A stretch of 64,000 nucleotides of DNA. Origin: Rhynchobatus australiae (taxonomy: Eukaryota). Positions 49,295 to 62,429 of the stretch are shown piece by piece. The notes under the pieces were generated by a model. It made no database searches. It saw only the letters and a list, made by a program, of their open reading frames with translations, and was not told where the DNA came from. The DNA lies in contig JAUZTB010000070.1 of the NCBI GenBank assembly GCA_034780895.1, positions 21,592,465 to 21,656,464 on the forward strand, in the 5' to 3' direction. The position numbers and the translations under genes are program-made. The stretch's first letter is position 1. Every line of letters starts with the position of its first letter.

Positions 49295-49860
49295 GCATAA
49301 ATAGAAGTGGGAGAAAGCTATTTGGCTCTTCATACCTGCTCTGCCATTTATCAAGATCATGGCTGATCTTTTACCTTGGCATCACTTTCTGGCACAAACT
49401 GTATATCCCTTGATTCCTTTAATATCTAAAAAATCTATCAATCTCTGCCCTGAATATGCTCGGTGACTGTGCATCCATGGCCCTCTAGGGTTATAAATTC
49501 CAAAGGCATGCTGCTCTTAGAGTGAAGAGGCTTCTTCTCATCTCAGTCCTAAATGACTGACTTGTTATTTTGAACCTGTGACCCCTGGTTCTAGACGCCC
49601 CAGTTTGGGGCGTCTTCCCTGCCATGCCCCCTAAAGATTTTGTATGTTTTAATGTAAGAGCCTCCCTTCTAAATCTGTCTGCTGAACCTTGACTGCACTC
49701 CCTCCATTGTAAGCGACCAAGCGTAGAGTTCATGCCTCCTTGAATGGGGAGGTGTGGCCTTTACACATTATTCCAGATGCATTCTCACCAGGCTCTGGTG
49801 TAAATGGAGCAAGATTTCTCCGTAGTCTTGCAATAAAGACCAACATACAGCTTGCCTTCT
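49295..49860 (-). mobile_element. CR1 LINE 3' end
   Basis: Minus-strand ORF reads SRTRGHRFKITSQSFRTEMRRSLFTLRAACLWNL, plus a CR1 tail. Confidence 0.88.
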
Positions 49861-50034
49861 GATACTTGAATCCAGCATGTAAATAGTGTTTGGAAGAGTT
49901 GCATTATCTGGTATCATCATGTATAACAAACTAGTGCCTGTCTAGCTACAGAGGATGGCAGCGTATAAAGTGCAAGGTTTTTCCCAAGTCTCCTGGTTGA
50001 CAATTCCTTAACTTGTTTATAGGATTTGGGTGTC

Positions 50035-50345
50035 TTGGGCAGAGGCCTGCATTTCTGAAAGCCCAACCCTCACTGTCCTTGGTGGGGGTGGGAGACAATG
50101 GAAATAGTGGTGAGCTGTTCTTTTGGTGAAGATGCACTAAAGTGTCATTCAGGTTGGGAGCTCCAGGATTCAGACCCAGCAATCAAGAAGGATGGCCATG
50201 TCTTTTGAAGTCAGCGTGACATCCATCAGGAGGCAAATCTGCAAGTGGTGGTATTCCCATACACCCACCCTTCTCAGTGGCAAAGGTCATGGTTTTGGGA
50301 GGTGCTGCCAAAATATCCATGGCAAGTAACTCTGCATTCTGTACA
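50035..50345 (-). mobile_element. Old LINE 3' UTR fragment (CR1-like)
   Basis: Its start resembles the reverse complement of the SINE tail at ~30700-30740; a similar remnant lies at ~43000-43160. Confidence 0.5.
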
Positions 50346-53300
50346 ATCAATCAGTACTTCTCGAGCAGCCCCTTGGGGTAGAGGATGACTTGCTTCTTCT
50401 CCAGATCTGAGGAGAAGGTACCTTTTGTGGTGTGGCCCTTGCACACCAGCCACCAAGTATACTTGGCGGAGAGACCATGATCCAAGGGTAGGAAAGTGCA
50501 AGGCATTTGGAAACCAGCTGCGTGACTTGCGCTCCTGAGCGTGTGCGCACAATATCCATGCATACAGATGCAATGTACTCTCGTCTAAGTCTTTTCCCTC
50601 TGATCCTTTTTGTCCTGTGGTTCTTCATCCTCTGGTGTCTCTACTACTTATCCCTCTTCATCTAGGTTTCCGTTTACTCATCTTTCCCCCTTCCTCTACC
50701 CCACTGATGGCTGAAACTGGAACTCCCAGATGCCTTGGGAGAATCTACAGCCACGGGTCCAGTGCTGGCTAATGTCAGCAGATTGTGGTCTCCCAGCCCC
50801 AGTGGGTCCCAGCGTGTAATTTCCCAGTTGATGATGGATTTATCCTTTGGGTGCAGGAGTATCTTATTCTGTCACAGTCATCTCCGTACAGTGACCCTAA
50901 ACTGCACTTCTCTTTAACTGGGGCTTGACCAATGTGACCAGAAAAGCATAGTTTGTTTGCCCCAGTTTGTGTATGGGGCATGGAGTGGCAGCTGTTTCTT
51001 GAATTAACATACTCATAACTAAACAGTGTGTTAATAACAAGAAAATGTCATTTGGAAGCTGTGTCCCACCACTGTATAATGTCCTGAGGTTTTTTAAGCA
51101 GATTAGTTTTGATTTCAAAGTACTGTACTTGCATAGCCAGGTGCAGAAATTTGCTGAAATAAGAATGAAGCTTGTACTCCAAAATTGGCCACTTGCCATG
51201 GGTTTGAAGGTTGTGGATTTGTCCCACATTGGAGACTTGGTGCATAATTCAAGCTACTACTGTTGGAAGAACTTTTTGTTTGGTTGAGATGTTAATCTGA
51301 CTCTGCCCCTTCAATGGATGCCAAAGGTTCTGCGGCGTCCTGTGTTTGGTGCCCCCTCTCAATCAAAATCAATTACAAGTTTACAAAATGTGCTCTAAAA
51401 ATGTCTGGTTGTTTTTGATGATTCTTGGTAAGTACTGTTAAATCTGTTCTGTGAGCTAAATGATCCTGAGAAACTGGGGCTGATTATAATAATGTGATGC
51501 CTTCCGTTCGCAATTGGCAACAAAAATACTCCCATCCTGCTGTATATTTATCCTTTTAATATCCCTGTGCAGAGGGACTCAACAACATGATTGACCCCAG
51601 CTTTTAACACTCATTTATTGCACAGTCAGGTGAAGCATAGTGATGGGAGAAAAGCTGCTGGAGGTCATCGGCTGAACTAATTTCTTCCTGTGCACTGCAA
51701 CAGCATCCGCAGTGAGGCCAGGATGTTCTGGCAGATTTGAAGCGTGCCTTGGACTGTCTAGCTTCTGCGTGAGGCTGAGTGAGTTGTTGCTTCAAGTCAA
51801 AATAGTTTGGCTTGCTTGGCAAAGTGCAAATTTAAAAATTCTTCCTGCCACTGCACGTTTGCTTAATGATTCATTGGAAAGTTTGTTTTTCAACTTGGGT
51901 CACTTAGTTCATCCAAGTTGTTTGGTTAAAGCTGTACTCCAGGAATTAAACACTCAATTTTGCCTATGCAGCATTCTCTCGTCGCTGCATTAGTTAATAT
52001 ATTAGCTTCATATCTACTGTCTGTGTAGGTCAGTGAGAACCTAGCGGTTTTATTTCAGAGTGATTTATTTGGGATTTGTTCCTCTACTTGAGAAATATCC
52101 TGTGGACATAAATACCTTGGTTTTCTTGTACCTTGGGAATGTTATTTTGGGAGTTGAGTTTTGTTTGTTTTAATACTTGGATATCTCTGAAACGTTGCTC
52201 ACAATCTGAGCGTTGGGTTGTTTGCCAATGAGTATTAGGGTATCTCATTGGACTTGGTGGTGGAATGGAATGTTACAGAAAGACTACAAGAAAATCTACC
52301 CTTGAGTTCTTGAGGCCCTTGAACTAGTCTGGATGCCTGTTTGAAGTGTGAATTTTTTTTTGCACTTCACCCATTCCTGTGGTGTTACTGGCTGTGTTCA
52401 ACTTGCTAGGATTTGCCAGGGCAGATGCTGAGGGGTATTTGGTGACAGGGCTGTGTTGGGTAGCAGGCCCCACCAGTTACCAGCTTCACTCAAGTTGTGC
52501 TGATTAATCCTGGCAGATACTTTTGTGCACAAACCAGGGGAATAGTGTGAAACAATTGGAACTTTATCTTGTATGTTAATGAATTTTAAAACTGTAAAAG
52601 TTGGAAATATCTGCAATTCTGTGTGGAGGATTAAATTAGTGACTGCTTTGGTGAAGTATCAAACACCTATCGTAGAGAAGTGTACAATTGAGGCATTTGT
52701 CTGACTTGTTTCTATACTGCTTTATCACCAGAGCTTCCAAATGCCCACACTAATTCTGGGGAAGTGACATCAGAAATCCTGCTTCATGTGTTTGTTGCTC
52801 AGTGCGCTGCTTTGAGATACCAAGCCTGGTTGATCCAACCCCAATTTGCAGTGAGTGAGCTGCCTTTTGCCAGGGTGGCAAAGTAAACTTTTATTTGTAT
52901 TTAGCCTCAACATCCATGCCCTAAAGGGGTAGGGAATAACAAGGTTTGGGAGTCGTTGCAGGGGAGTACAAATTGGTGTTGGCATTTTTTTTCACATGTG
53001 GTAACTCATGGCAGAAATTGCATTTAAGTATTTGTGATAAATACTTGAGTTCTGTTTTGAGACCTCCAATGGCCTAACTAAGTTGTTGGGATGTATAAAG
53101 GATGGTAAATTAGTTGCATTACACTACAGATTGGAACTGACTTGAGGACTGAGTTCACTCCGCAAGTGTTTTATCTTAAGCGGGTCTAATGTGTATGATT
53201 CAATAATATGCTGCTCTGAAACATTGAATTCATGTCCTTGTGCAAAGTTAAAGGTACTGTAGGTACTTGACCAGGCTTTTAAACTGAAATTAAATATGAA

Positions 53301-53358
53301 TAAGTTAGTTATTTCTTCAGCATTTTTCCTTTTAAATATCTTGTTCAATTTGTTACAG

Positions 53359-53422
53359 CCTCAAGTTGGAATGTGACAAACTGGCCAGTGAAAAGACAGA
53401 AATGCAGCGTCATTATGTCATG
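53359..53422 (+). CDS. TLE5: TLE5/AES-like coding exon 3 ([22 protein letters not shown])
   Basis: TTACAG acceptor, 64 nt, phase-compatible with exon 2 (AG+C = Ser), donor ATG|GTAGGT; near-invariant Groucho Q-domain sequence. Confidence 0.96.
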
Positions 53423-53811
53423 GTAGGTGCCATTCTCTTGACTCTTGCATAATGAAGGGGGAGGACCTTCTGTTTTGGTCCAGACTTCTGCACTTCATGT
53501 TGAAATAGTTGCGTGAAGCTTCAAATACTGTTCGAGTATAACTCTTCATGATTAAGGAACTAAAAATCTCCCCCACTTCATAAACTGTCTTGTAATCTTA
53601 TACTGTCATTTTCGTCTGTCATAGTATAAACTTCAGGTTGATTCTCCTCCACCCTCGTGACTAAGATTCCGACAGTTTTTGACCACGGGATTACTGGGTC
53701 TTCCATCGTACTTTGCACACCAGTTTTAAACCAATCTCCTCACTGTGGGAGACATACTTGCACTTTGTGCAGATGAAGAACTTTCACTGCTTCTGTATCA
53801 GTGAAATTTGT

Positions 53812-54060
53812 GCGGTGGTGCTGCAGGTAGTACATCTGTCTCAGTGACCCTAGTGCAATCTGGGTGGAGCTTGTATATTCTCCCTGTGATCAAATGAGGT
53901 TCTCTTGGATCCTCCAGTTTCCTCCATGTCCTAAAGATGTGCTGGTTGTTACATGGATTGGCTACTGTAAATTGCCCTTCATGTAGCTGGTGGCAGAAGC
54001 TTCAGTAGGAAACGTTAAAGGGCATGTGTGAGAGAATGTTACAAGAAAATAAAATAGGGA
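53812..54060 (+). mobile_element. V-SINE copy
   Basis: GGTGGAGCTTGTATATTCTCCCTGTGA...CTCCAGTTTCCTCC..GTCCTAAAGATGTGCTGGTT...GGCTACTGTAAATTGCCC. Confidence 0.75.
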
Positions 54061-55414
54061 TTGAAAGTGATAAATTGCTCAGTTGGTGCAAATTTTCCGT
54101 GAGAAGTTTAAGAAATTCTAACTTTTTAAATTTGCTAGAAATGGAGTATAAAAATAAGAAATGCTATCAATTAAAGTCGGGTCAGGCCAGCACCCACAGA
54201 GAAGGAAATGGAGTTGATGACTTTTCAGCAGAGCTGCAAACCTGAGCACTTCAACACTTGGCTGACCCTGACACATTTCGGGTTGGAGACACCAGATATT
54301 CAGCTCTATATCAGGCCCTCACACGGGAGTAGAGTGTAGGCCTGCACCTATACTGACTCACTATCATCCACTCTTGAGTTCAGTCCTTTCCAATAACCAG
54401 AGATTTGTGGTCAAACCTGAACACTTCCCAGGTATGAAGATAATGATTGGCCATAACCTGAAATGTCAGTTTGTTTCTCTCTGCATGCCTGCTGCCTGAC
54501 CTACTGAGCAATTGTTTTCAAAACAAGGTCTTTCATTGCATGGGGTGCTGTCTTATGGACTGAGTATTAAGCAGGGAAGACTTGAAGCCCCACTCCCATT
54601 TCACATAATCTGTCTGTGAAAAGATATAGTAGACAGTGTGACCAATACCTTTCACACAAGTTCTTTTTTGATCTTCCTTCACCCTTCGTCCCTGGAATGT
54701 GAATGGGACACATAGGCTGCCAAACCCTTCATGATTTTAACTACTTACCCAGTTCATGTTCTACTTGTTTTATCCACTAAAAATTCCAACCAAGATTAGA
54801 TCAGTAGGTTTCAATTTCATTCGCTGACTCTGACTGCATTCTCTGCAAGACAGTGCTTGGCAAGTTGCCCTGTGTTTGGAAAGATTTTGGTATCTCCTGC
54901 CAAGCACTATTGAGTCACCCTCACCTTCCTGCCACTACCCCTGTCCCCCAACCAAAGTGCTCACGCTATCAAATTTTGTGTGGGACCTGGATGAGCCACA
55001 GTTGAGGGTGTTGCTGAAGCTCTCCTGATTTAAACTATAATTGCCACCTGACTGAAGTAGTAGAGAATGGTTAGTGCCTCTTGCCCTGCATCCAAGCCCA
55101 AGTTACTGCCTTCAGAAAAGGTTGGGAAGATCTCTCCTCGTTTCTTTTTTTTGCTTCTGAAAATAAAAGCCATCAGGTTCACATTAGAATTGTTTTCATT
55201 GGCACTTTTCCCACTCAGAAGCTTGGCTTCCAAGAAGTGATGCACATGTAATTGATTCAGCCTTGGTACATGTGGAAATGACCATTGAGTGGGTGACTTT
55301 ATCAAACTCATCTGGTTGCATGTTGAATGAATTGAAGAGGATCCTCCTATTTTTGGGTTCAAGACATTTACTACTTTTGTCTTTCTTCTCTCCAACCACC
55401 CCCCACCCCCTCAG

Positions 55415-55459
55415 TATTACGAAATGTCTTATGGCTTAAACATTGAAATGCACAAACAG
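55415..55459 (+). CDS. TLE5: TLE5/AES-like coding exon 4 (YYEMSYGLNIEMHKQ)
   Basis: CCTCAG acceptor, 45 nt, donor CAG|GTAAGT; peptide matches the conserved TLE/Groucho motif. Confidence 0.97.
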
Positions 55460-57059
55460 GTAAGTCTATTTTTTTTCCTCACTCTTTACTTTTTATTGCT
55501 GCTCGTCACTGAGCTGTTTACTAAAGCCTATTTATTCTCCCTGAAATTAGGCTTACCATAAATGTGACAAATTTCATGATTGAGCCTAGTTGTGAATAGA
55601 ACTTTTTCTCCTCCTAATTTCCAATTATGTGCCAATGAATAATTAAATGTTCTTTTTAATTGAAAATGTCGACAGATTAATTTGAATGATAAATTAATAA
55701 TGGGCACTGTCTCATTTATTATTACTTCATAAAAAGTGCTTCAGAGCTTTCAACCTTTATTAAATATTAAAAAAGTAAATGTCATTGACTTCAGTTGTGC
55801 ACCTATTGTTTGATTTACTTTCTACTTCCACTTGTGTTCCAGGAAATCAAATGTGGCATTGTATAATAAACCATAATGTGATTCAATGTCTTTTGGGGCT
55901 CATTTCCCTCTGTGCAAGATCTTTAAAAACTGAGTGCTAGAGATTCTTTATTTTCTGGTGGCAATATGCTTGCTATGTGTAGTTCTCTTCTTGACAATAT
56001 AACATTCTAATGTTTTTTTCCTCTGAATTTGCTACAGTTGCTCACTTTACAAGGATGCACAATTGTCACGTAGTTTTGATAAAGTAATTTTGTTTAGTTG
56101 CATCTGAAACTTTCATTCATTGTGTCCTTCGAAACTTATGCCTGGTCTGTAGGAGCCTTTTTGAATTGGGTAAATTTGGACAGTATTTCAGGTGTACTGT
56201 AGTCCTGTTACTATGGGAGGCAGAATAGATGCTGAATTCCATGTACATAAATGTATCAAGCAAATCAGAAAATGGAGATACTCAGGCTCCACAGATGCTA
56301 CCTTGTCTGTTATCTTCATTATTTACTTTTTTATTTTGGATTTCCAGCATCTACATCTCTTCAATTAGTATATTGAGCATTATTTCTTTAAACCATTCTA
56401 TTAGTTGAGGTGCCTTGATGTGGTGCAATTGTTTATGTAATAATGAATTTTTAAGTAATCTATTGGTAAAGGAGTTATAGGAAGTGGAGAACACTTGGGT
56501 ATTAGTTCCATTGCAGACAGCAATCTGTACATTGAATGCAACTACTGTTCTGGAAAAAGGAGATCTCTTGGCAGCAGGTGACCTTCCAGGATCTACTCTG
56601 GTATCCTGCATATGACTGATGTATCAATTAAGTGTTTGAATAGAGAAAGGTGTTGCAGAGAGAACAATGACATCTACACACATCCGTACTAACCACTAGA
56701 TTCATTGGACACTTTCTTCCCATTGAACATGGTGTAGTTTGCAAGTTGTACTTTTGTGGGTTGCTATAAAGATGCAGATAACAGGGCAGCTTGGCAATTG
56801 ATCGTATAATCCCACTGTTAATACAATTAGGAGTTGACTGACTGCAGTTCAGCTCTGCAAATCATGTGACCTGCTGACTTACCCACCCCCGCTGCCTACT
56901 CTTAGCAGATGCCCTTCCAATGACCCTAGCATTAAGGATTTCAGTAAAACTCATGGTGGGCACATGGCATTTTCTTCTAAATGTTTGCTCTTTCTCTTTT
57001 GATAATGCACGAGTATAACTGAAGGTAGACCTTTTTATGCTTTGGATGCACAGTTATAA

Positions 57060-57610
57060 TGAGGGTGAATTGCATATGGTATCTGTCAGGTACTACCTGG
57101 GAAAGCAACACATTACATACAGCTTCACATGCTCTAATCTACCCACTGGCAGAGTACTGCTGATCAAACAGGGTCAGGCCACTGCACAGTGGTAGATATC
57201 TATATCTAGGAATTGTGGAGGTCATCTCTGGAACACTTGAGGCAGTTTGAATGGTTTCCTATGCTAACCCACATCGAACCTTCTGGTGTCTGCAGGGTAA
57301 ACCTCGCTCTTAATGAATGCAGCTGACGAATGCTCCCATTGACAAACGACTGCATCATGCAAACCCTCAAAATAATGACAACCCCACCTCTTGATGGCAC
57401 ATGTTATCCAAGGGCAAACATCCCCAACCAAAGCATGGTATCTGATCTGAGTGATGAAATCCCCATATGGAATCTTGCAAGGGAAACAGAAAACACTCAA
57501 CTGCTTGAGGACCTGCTCCACAACTGCAATATGAGGAATAGCCCAACTTCTGATTGTGGGTGCTCAGGTTAGACCATTTCTCCCATTCTGAACTCCTGCC
57601 CCAAGAGATG
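57060..57610 (+). mobile_element. Vingi/Ingi- or RTEX-like LINE 3' remnant
   Basis: ALIYPLAEYC (57131), ISGTL..WFPMLTHIEP, and C-terminal LLHNCNMRNSPTSDCGCSG*TISPILNSCP resembling the CxCG..QT..HI...CP knuckle. Confidence 0.65.
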
Positions 57611-59004
57611 CCCACTTCTGGTGGCGTTGCAACCATTCACTCTGCCTTGCCCAAAGAATGGATTGCTAACCATGGAACTGAACAATGACTGCTTCTCCAA
57701 CCGTTTGTTGATGGTATTGTCCTTTGTGGCAAATGAGGAAGCAATTTGAATTAACCAATTTGGGTCCTGAGCAACGTGATGTATTGGTTCTAATTCAACA
57801 CTTGATACTGGCTGACCAGGCAGACTTCTCTTGTGAAGATCAAGGAACTCATCAATGTTGAGGAATTTGTTATTGTGATCTGCTGGAGCACAGTTAACAG
57901 CACTTGTTATTTTGTGGATGACTTTTGAATCTTTATCATAAGTAAAGATGTTGAAATACGATTGATATATTCTCCAGTTGAATAGTTTTTCCTTGTGTTC
58001 CGCATTTTGCTTTGGGTTGTGTCGCTGGAAACTGATATCAGTTCAGTTAGTATCCGTGAAAGAAAAAGGCAGGTTCATGTCAAAGCATTGGGTTTGCACC
58101 CATTGCTTTTGTCCTCCTTTCCCTTATTTTCATCTTCCAGCCCAACAACAAAATTGATTGAAACATAAACCCAGCATAATCTCTGTTCTGTAGCTGAATG
58201 ATCTGCTGTGAATATCCAGGATTGTCTTTTTCTCCCCTTAGTGTTTTTGCAGCATTTTTTAAATTAATCTTTAATATAACAATTAGGACATGATTGATGG
58301 CAAGGAAGAGTTAGAATGGCATTGTATCCTTGTTGCTGAGCTTTTCAATCACTGGAACTTCTAAGTTGGCAATTTCACTTGTTTGAATATTGGTCAGCAT
58401 GTGTAAATGTGTTTGGGAGAAGTGATTTGTGTGACATCTTGTTGGATGTGGGACTGAAATTAACTTTGGTAGTACCCAGGGTGACTAGTTGAAACTCCAC
58501 TGAATATTTGTTTCCTTTTGAATCTGAGGACAGGTAGGATGTACAAAATATGACTGATGTGATTTGTATAGTCCACTCTCCCAGCCCTGCTATTTTCCAT
58601 TGTCTGCTAATTGCCCTCTGAGCATCATGCAACCTGAACAAAAGCACTGATTGCAGCTGCCATCAGGAATAGAGCTCTTGATCAGTGCTGGAAGATGCAG
58701 GGAAGTGGCCATGGAGTGTCATGATGGTTGACAGATGTTCCCTAACAATTTTCCAAGAAGGTATCAGCCCTGATCATTTGCATAGATGGGCTTGATGTCT
58801 GCACATATTAACAGAAAATGTGATGGTACTATTATGTTGGATTATCAGTGTTGTCTGAGGCAATTCAGTTGTGCATGAGATGCATTCACTGAACTATTGG
58901 AGAAGAAGCCGAAATCCTTTTGGAAGAAAATAAGAAAAATAAGTATTTGTAATCATAATTTACAGAGAACTACTGAGATCCAACTTCTGATATTTTCTGA
59001 TTTT

Positions 59005-60640
59005 GTTATGAAGCACTCAGCAGGTCAGGCAGTATCTGTGGGGATAGAAATGGTGTCAACATTCCAGAACAATGAACCTTAATCTCAGTTGGAGCATGGA
59101 AAAAAATTTGCTTTCAAGCTGTGGAGGGGGAGGAGGGGTGGAGAGAATGATGAGAGTGTCTCCGATGGATGGAGACCATGGTTGTCAGGATAACGTGATT
59201 GCTTTTGGTGCCTTCTGGTCAGTAGATGCAGAAAGGCAGTTAAAGAACAAACAAAAAATGTTGGAACTGTGAAACACAACACAGCAGCTCCTGGAAATCT
59301 AAAAGGGAAGGGAACACTGAAAAATGTCCAGCAGATTAGGTAGCATTGATTGGTTCTGATGTAAACAAAGGCTGGTGAACTGAAATTGTTGAATTTGATA
59401 TCAAATACTGGGGGCTACAATGTGCTGGGTGGAAGATGAGGTGATCTTTCTTGAGCTTGAGTTGGGTATCGCTGGGACCAGACGGGTTAGAATGGAATAA
59501 GAATTAAAGTGACAGGCAACTAGAAGCTCAGGGTCACCCTTGCAGACTCAATGGAGGTGTTCTGTAAAGTGATAATCCAGTCTACATCTGGTGACTTTGC
59601 AGAGGACACCACACCGTGAGCACTGAATGCAATACACTAAATTCAGAATAGTGCAAGTGAGTTGCTCTTTCACCTGGAAGTTCTGTTTGAGTCCTTAGTA
59701 GAACGGGGCAAGCTAAAAGGACAGGTATTGCATCTCCTGCTGTTGCATGGGAAGGTGCCATGAGAAGTTGGTGAAAATGGCAGGACAAATTAGTGACTCG
59801 CAGAGGGATCCATCCATTAGCAATGCTGAATGGGCAGAAGATGATGCACCTGATGGTGGAAGGTGGCAGATGATCTGTTCAATGTGGAAGTTGGGGCGGA
59901 AGGTGAGAATAAGGAACTTTATCCATGTTCTGGCTGGAAAGAGAATCGGTGGGAGTAGAAATATTGGAAATGGAGGAAGCAAGTTGAGAACCCTGCGCAC
60001 CGTGGAGAAGGGGAAAGCTGATGAAGGGAGAAATGCATCACAGACACTGGTGTGAAAAGTCTCAACATGGACACCAGGGAGCTAGAGAAACTGGAAGAAT
60101 GGAGACATTGGAAGCAGAGTGGGAGGGAATATAATCCAGGGAGCAGTGGAAGTTTGTCAGCTTGTTAAGGGTATTACTCATTAACTTGTCACTGGGGAAT
60201 GAGATGGAGCAGTAAGAAAGGGAAGAGAAGAGTCCGATGTGAGACGCATGAAAATGAAAGCAAGGTGAAATTTAGCAGCAGAGGTAAACATTTTCAGCTT
60301 TTGTGCAAGTGCAGGAAATAGCCCCAATGCAATCAACAATGTCAAGAAAGAGTTGAGACAAACTGCCTGGATCCATGTATTCTATAAAGCCACAAACATA
60401 CTAAGGCCTACAGAAGTTCCTTACAATTGCACCTTTTGATATGGAGGAAATGAGTGGAGTTGGAGGAGAAGTTGCTCACTGAAACAATGAGTTTAGTCAG
60501 GTGAATGAGTTTGGTAGTGGAGGGGTGCTCATTGGGCAGTCTATTCAAGGAAGAAGTAAAGGGCCCTTGGAGCATCCTGTTGCAGAGTGATTGGATGTTC
60601 ATAGTGGGGCCAGGAACTGGAAGCTGTCAAAGTGGCTGCA
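59005..60640 (-). mobile_element. Long decayed Penelope-like element (RT plus GIY-YIG plus terminus)
   Basis: Minus strand: LIHLTKLIVSVSNFSSNSTHFLHIK (RT), LILTFRPN..IEQII.H (linker), FQVKEQLTCTILNLVYCIQCSRCG (GIY-YIG) and the terminal motif at ~59010-59045. Many frameshifts. Confidence 0.82.
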
Positions 60641-62269
60641 CACACCAAATCTGTGGCGTTTGATTGCTGGATATTGAATCTTCCGAAATTGAGATTCATT
60701 TAAGTGAAGTTTAATGTGTATGTAGTAACATGGTGCATCTGGAGCTTTGCAATAGAGGATGTATTTCTCTCCATTTAGCAACTCATATGTTTGTTTACTG
60801 GCATCTCTTAATCAACAGTGAGGGTTTGCCTACCCAGTTATGAGATGCTGATGGAACTGAACATTGCATATTGATAAAACTCCTCTGCTGTAAATCTCTG
60901 TAATCTCATGTAAGAGTGGGATTGAATCAAATTTTAATCTACAGCCATTTGTAGAACACAAATTAATGAGGTAAGTTTGGCAGCCAGCCGGAATGACAAG
61001 CATCAAACCTGACATCTGACGGATTGAATTTCAGGAGGTTAATTGAAGTGAGACCGACCTTCAGTGGTCTAATTCCAATCTTTTAAAGTTGAATGTGAGG
61101 GTGGAGAGAGCATGGTGGCACCAAGGGAAGTGATTTACTAATTTGACAATTTTATCAGTGCACCATTTATTTGTTTTTCTCCCCTTGTCACTTTTATCTC
61201 CGTGTCTGTGCTGAAGGCATTTTTTTCCTTGCTCCAGTACTTTTCAAGAGGCACCAATTCCCACTCGATTTCTGTGTTGGTGCACTATGGGCTTTCTGAA
61301 TTACTGGCAGATATCAACATCTTTATTCCTTTCATACTGGGGAGAGGGTGGGGGGAGGGGGAGTGCCAATGTGGTCATCATTTGTACCTAATATTGTCTC
61401 GCCTTAATCTCTATTTGAATGTTCTCATCGGCTGCCNNNNNNNNNNNNNNNNNNNNNNNNNNNNNNNNNNNNNNNNNNNNNNNNNNNNNNNNNNNNNNNN
61501 NNNNNNNNNNNNNNNNNNNNNNNNNNNNNNNNNNNNTCTGGTTGACAAATCATGCTGATGCAATCACTGTCCTTTTGCCCCCATCCATCAACAATATAGG
61601 CTCCCAGAAAACTGGACTCTGTCCATCATTGACCGTGCAGAAGGGAATGAAAATGGCAAAATACAAGTCTGGTGAAGGGGAAAAGCTCGTGGTTACACAG
61701 ATCCAAGACCAGGCAAGGACAGTACTGTCCGCTTATGATTGTTACTTCTATACTGGCAGGGTGAATGCCTTGTGCCATTCAGTGACTGTGCTGTATTGTA
61801 CCCGCAGAGATGAATTATTTCTTAGACGTGGATAGAAAGTTGAAGGTAACCTATTAAGCATCATTGTCTCTCTTGCCCTTCAGAGCAGGGAGCTGGAGCA
61901 GTTTTACATTCCTCTGACACAGTCGTTTTATAGAGCTGTAATGCGGCTGTGCATTATGGCGCTGATTTATTATTTCTGAAATTTATTTTCAACTCCACTG
62001 GTGTGAAGACTGCACTTGTTCTACACAGAGAGCATAATAAAGCCATAAATCAATGTAGCCATTGCTGGTCTGCTACACAATAGATTGGACCTCGATTACT
62101 CTTCAGTAAAGTCAGTCCTACGCCATTTGGATGAATAACAAAATTTAATGATCAGAAACAGTAAAGGGGTGTGGGTACTCTGAAACGCAGTCGAAACCAA
62201 TCTGCACAGTTATCCTCTGGCAGTCTCAAAGGTTCAGATTGTAGTTGATCTACATCTTGACTCCGGGAA

Positions 62270-62429
62270 GCAAAATCCTGCTTGGATTGGAAATCTGATA
62301 TAAAAACAAACGCTTGAAATATTCAGCAGGTGAGGCAGTGTCTGGTGAGACAAATAGTTAAAGTTTCAGGTCAGTGACCATTCATCCAAATTAATGTAAG
62401 GTCATTGACTTGAAATATCAGCACTGTTT
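62270..62429. mobile_element. Penelope-terminus-derived fold-back element running into a gap
   Basis: Terminal motif, then GTTTCAGGTCAGTGACCATTCAT...ATGTAAGGTCATTGACTTGAAAT inverted repeat. Confidence 0.7.
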
